From Acidobacteriota bacterium (lineage in GTDB: Bacteria > Acidobacteriota > Terriglobia > Acidiferrales > UBA7541), in NCBI GenBank assembly GCA_003224515.1, contig QHZC01000053.1, positions 1 through 40,986 of the forward strand: DNA of 40,986 nucleotides. The letters run 5' to 3'. The position numbers were made by a program, and so were the translations under genes. Of this stretch, positions 38,195 through 40,986 are shown piece by piece; the first letter of the stretch is position 1; the number at the start of each line of letters is the position of its first letter. A model generated the notes under the pieces. It made no database searches. It was not told the origin of the DNA and saw nothing but the letters and a program-made list of their open reading frames with translations.

Positions 38195-38885
38195 TCACGT
38201 CGCCAGGACAAGTAGACTAAACCCTCCGAGAAGCCTAACTGTCAGGTCCGCATGCAGCGCAAAACCGATTCGCCTGGAAATCTTCAGGATCCTTTGCAGC
38301 CCGTCAATCGGAAGATCAATCATTCTCGCCGTATAGAAGTAGTGACGTACCTTATAAGCAGTATCCTCCAAGGTTCTCAGCCCGATTTCTTTCGTAAAAT
38401 AGTGAATATGGGTGTAAAGGTCCCGTCTCTTCAGAATTCCGTTTTGGCGTGAGACCGTTTGCGCACAAAGGTGGAGGGGGATATGAAAAATCTTATAAGT
38501 CGCTTTCGTCCGTAAATCTCTCAAAAGGTGAAATAGTCTTCCAAGTGTTCAATGACATCAAGGACCAGAATTAGATCGAAATGAATATTCTTTTCCTGGC
38601 ATATGTCAGCCAGCATGAATTCAAGTCGTTCGTTGCCCCTCGATCGGCACATTTCGAAGGCCTGTGGAGAAATCTCGTATCCCCAGGAGAGGCATTCGCC
38701 GTCTAGACTTTCCTGGAGTTGTTTCAGTACTTCTCCAGCGCCACAGCCCACGTCGCAGATGGTCTTCGGGGTTACGTGATTGAAGCATGGAGTATCTGTT
38801 TTGCCTTCCAAGGGGACTCTTCAATATGCCACTCCAGATTCTTGGCAAGGTATTCGCCATCAAGGTAGATGGTTTGTCCGGACAT
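38195..38885 (-). pseudogene. Frameshifted tandem paralog of the adjacent methyltransferase
   Basis: Three frame segments: MSGQTIYLDGEYL..SPWKAK, then DVGCGAG..LDVIEH, then LRDLR..LLGGFSLLVLAT. They are colinear with 37484-38179, with breaks near 38785 and 38523. Confidence 0.88.
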
Positions 38886-38935
38886 GACGGTTGGCATCCA
38901 GTCATCGCACGGCGGCCGCTGCGTGGAAACTCGCG

Positions 38936-40303
38936 TTACGGGGCGGCGACCAGAGACGGTGCTTCTAGACGGTAGACAACAGAATCCCCTACAAGACTCG
39001 CGTAGGCGATCCGGGCTCGTTCTTTGCCGGGGCCCTCGATCTCCCATCCATTTCCGCGACGAATCAGTCTCATCTGGCTCCTTTCGCGCCACCACCGATC
39101 GACTTCTCCCGGGAGAGCGATCCAGATTTTTCGCTCGGAACGTAGCTCGGCAAGATAGGCGAGCAGCGCTTCATAAGTATCGCGGGCCCGAGACTCCAGG
39201 AGATAGTCGGGGTGAACGATGAAGCTGACCAAACCATGTTTCTCGGTGATCAGATCGATCTGGCGTTTCCACAGGTCAATGGAATACTGATTGAGGATGT
39301 GGAAAAGAGAGTAGTCCTGCGTTGTGGTGACAGGAAGTTCCAGAATTTTACCAATGAAAAAGGGCATGACAGAGCAACAGCCGCCTCGTTGCGGGTCGAG
39401 ATGACCGACACTTGGCACCGACATGTCATAGGCAAAGTCCAGAGCTTCATACCAGTCCGGGTTTCGGTAGAGAACGGCGGAACGGAAGCCGGCGGCTCCA
39501 TAATTTCGGCCGTATCTATTGATTCGGTCGACGCGGCGGAAGAACAGTTCGCGATCACTGAATAGATGGCCGTCATGGTTCAAATCGTGCACATTGATTT
39601 CAAACCCGCGGCGACGAAGTCCGTCGAGAAAAGATTCCGGCACGGTGTATCGCCCCTCGGGTACGATTTGAAAAGAGGACTTGATCTCGTAGGTGCCGTC
39701 CAGATCCATCAGGTGCGGGCAGAAGTCTCTGCCAGGTAAGGCTTCCACATCGTGGGTCATGACGGCGCAGCTCGAGGAACCATTCGGCCAAAACCAGATG
39801 AATGGGACGCTGTCGCCACGGTGAACCTTAAGCAGGAGAACCATGAGCCTTTCAAAGATGAGCTCGACATTTGGATCCGCAGGCCATCTAGGAAAGGGAA
39901 TTCTCTTCCAATCCCTTAGGCGTCTTCTCTGAAGATGTTTCCGTATCGATACGGACAGAATTGGCCGCACCGTGTAATAAGCTTTCCGGAGAGCCGATCC
40001 GGCACCAAGTCGTTTCCCGCCGCCATTAGACGATGAAGCGTAGCGCTCATAGCGCAGGTTAGCGACAGTCTCTGACGGACTGAACGGGAGCCGGAGCGTT
40101 GATCCGTCTGGCGCGACGTCCGTCAGCCCGTCATAGAGCATCTCAGTGGGGCGCTGGGCGCGGAAACCGGATGCGCTCCGCCCATAGCAAAGTACGTCGG
40201 GACCAAACCGGAAATAACCGCTGTCCTCAGACAACCTCCCGGTGAGAGCGAAACTCACAAAGTTTGCCGGACACCGGTAGTAATCGAGAAAATCAGAGTT
40301 CAT
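38936..40303 (-). CDS. Polysaccharide deacetylase-like protein with N-terminal extension
   Basis: VMTHDVE, INVHDLNH, GFRS, YDMS, ELPVT and VHPDY. Confidence 0.85.
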   Translation of the reverse strand: MNSDFLDYYRCPANFVSFALTGRLSEDSGYFRFGPDVLCYGRSASGFRAQRPTEMLYDGLTDVAPDGSTLRLPFSPSETVANLRYERYASSSNGGGKRLGAGSALRKAYYTVRPILSVSIRKHLQRRRLRDWKRIPFPRWPADPNVELIFERLMVLLLKVHRGDSVPFIWFWPNGSSSCAVMTHDVEALPGRDFCPHLMDLDGTYEIKSSFQIVPEGRYTVPESFLDGLRRRGFEINVHDLNHDGHLFSDRELFFRRVDRINRYGRNYGAAGFRSAVLYRNPDWYEALDFAYDMSVPSVGHLDPQRGGCCSVMPFFIGKILELPVTTTQDYSLFHILNQYSIDLWKRQIDLITEKHGLVSFIVHPDYLLESRARDTYEALLAYLAELRSERKIWIALPGEVDRWWRERSQMRLIRRGNGWEIEGPGKERARIAYASLVGDSVVYRLEAPSLVAAP

Positions 40304-40423
40304 GGGATCTAACTTCGTTTGGCGCTTTTCAGTGTGCTGGTGGAATGGCGTTACGGTAGATCCGCCTCCTGTAACTGGTCACCCTGAGTCACGCTGGCGG
40401 CCGTAAGCCAAAGCAGGCACCGG

Positions 40424-40986
40424 TTACAGAATCCCCAGGAGCATGAAGTCGACAGTCACTGACCTCGCTGAATTCATGTTCACAGTGCAAGTGTTGCCTG
40501 AGACGCTGTCGCATCCGGAGGTCCACTGAACACCTACGAGAAGGCCTGGGTGTGCCGTCAAGATCACGGTAGTGCCACTCACGTAGGAAGTTGAGCAGTC
40601 GGACCCGTTGGACCCGCAGTTGATACCTGCCGGACTCGAGGTGACGGTGCCGGAGGCCAAGAGGCCCATCGTCGTGCTGACCGACAGGGTGAAGAACTGC
40701 GGGTTGACGGTCAACGTCAGCGTGGTCGTGTTCGTCAGGCTGCCGGAGGTTCCTGTGATGGTCACCGTAACCGTGCCGGTGGTCGCCGTGCTGCTGGCCG
40801 TCAGCGTCAAAGTGCTCCTGTTGGTCGTCGGGCTCGTCGGATTGGGGCTGAATGCCGCTGTCACACCGCTGGGCAGAGTGGAGGTGGACATGGTCACGTT
40901 GCCGCTGAAACCGTTTTGCGGAGTGACCGTGATCGTGCTCTGCCCATTGCCTCCCTGGTTCATCGTCACGCTACTCGGCGAAGCCG
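40424..40986 (-). CDS. C-terminal part of a Ser/Thr-rich surface protein (Ig-like domain plus divergent InlB B-repeat-like domain); runs off the window edge
   Basis: STITVTPQNGFSGNVT..LPSGVTAAF..GTVTVTITGTSG, then GTVTSSPAGINCG..C..GTTVILTA..WTSGC..CTVNM. Confidence 0.8.
   Translation of the reverse strand, partial: ASPSSVTMNQGGNGQSTITVTPQNGFSGNVTMSTSTLPSGVTAAFSPNPTSPTTNRSTLTLTASSTATTGTVTVTITGTSGSLTNTTTLTLTVNPQFFTLSVSTTMGLLASGTVTSSPAGINCGSNGSDCSTSYVSGTTVILTAHPGLLVGVQWTSGCDSVSGNTCTVNMNSARSVTVDFMLLGIL

Overview
About 41 kb of bacterial DNA, probably Acidobacteria-like; this is inferred from protein families and style and is not verified. Bases 1-4.7 kb are a decayed mobile/defence region made of abutting fragments: a shortened secreted protein, an IS66 right end with a tnpC fragment, the C-terminus of a DUF1998 helicase-nuclease, a DUF429-like stub and an IS1634 transposase missing its left end. 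A secreted beta-helix protein (5066-7000, +) converges on a ~33 kb minus-strand Wzx/Wzy-type surface or exopolysaccharide cluster. The cluster carries a flippase, a polymerase/ligase, three glycosyltransferases, three deacetylase-family genes and a Wbp-like 2,3-diacetamido-uronic acid pathway with a WbpB-WbpD fusion. It also holds an unusually rich tailoring module: class B flavin monooxygenase, two ATP-grasp ligases flanking a phosphatidylserine-decarboxylase homologue, a GNAT-like protein, a luciferase-like monooxygenase, a DltA-like adenylation enzyme with carrier protein, methyltransferases, a FemAB-like GNAT and an asparagine-synthetase homologue lacking its catalytic Cys. This amide/aminoacyl glycan-decoration module is the best candidate for an undescribed system. 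Several accessory genes (FG-GAP surface protein, two methyltransferases) are pseudogenes. All family calls come from motif recognition by eye; no searches were run.
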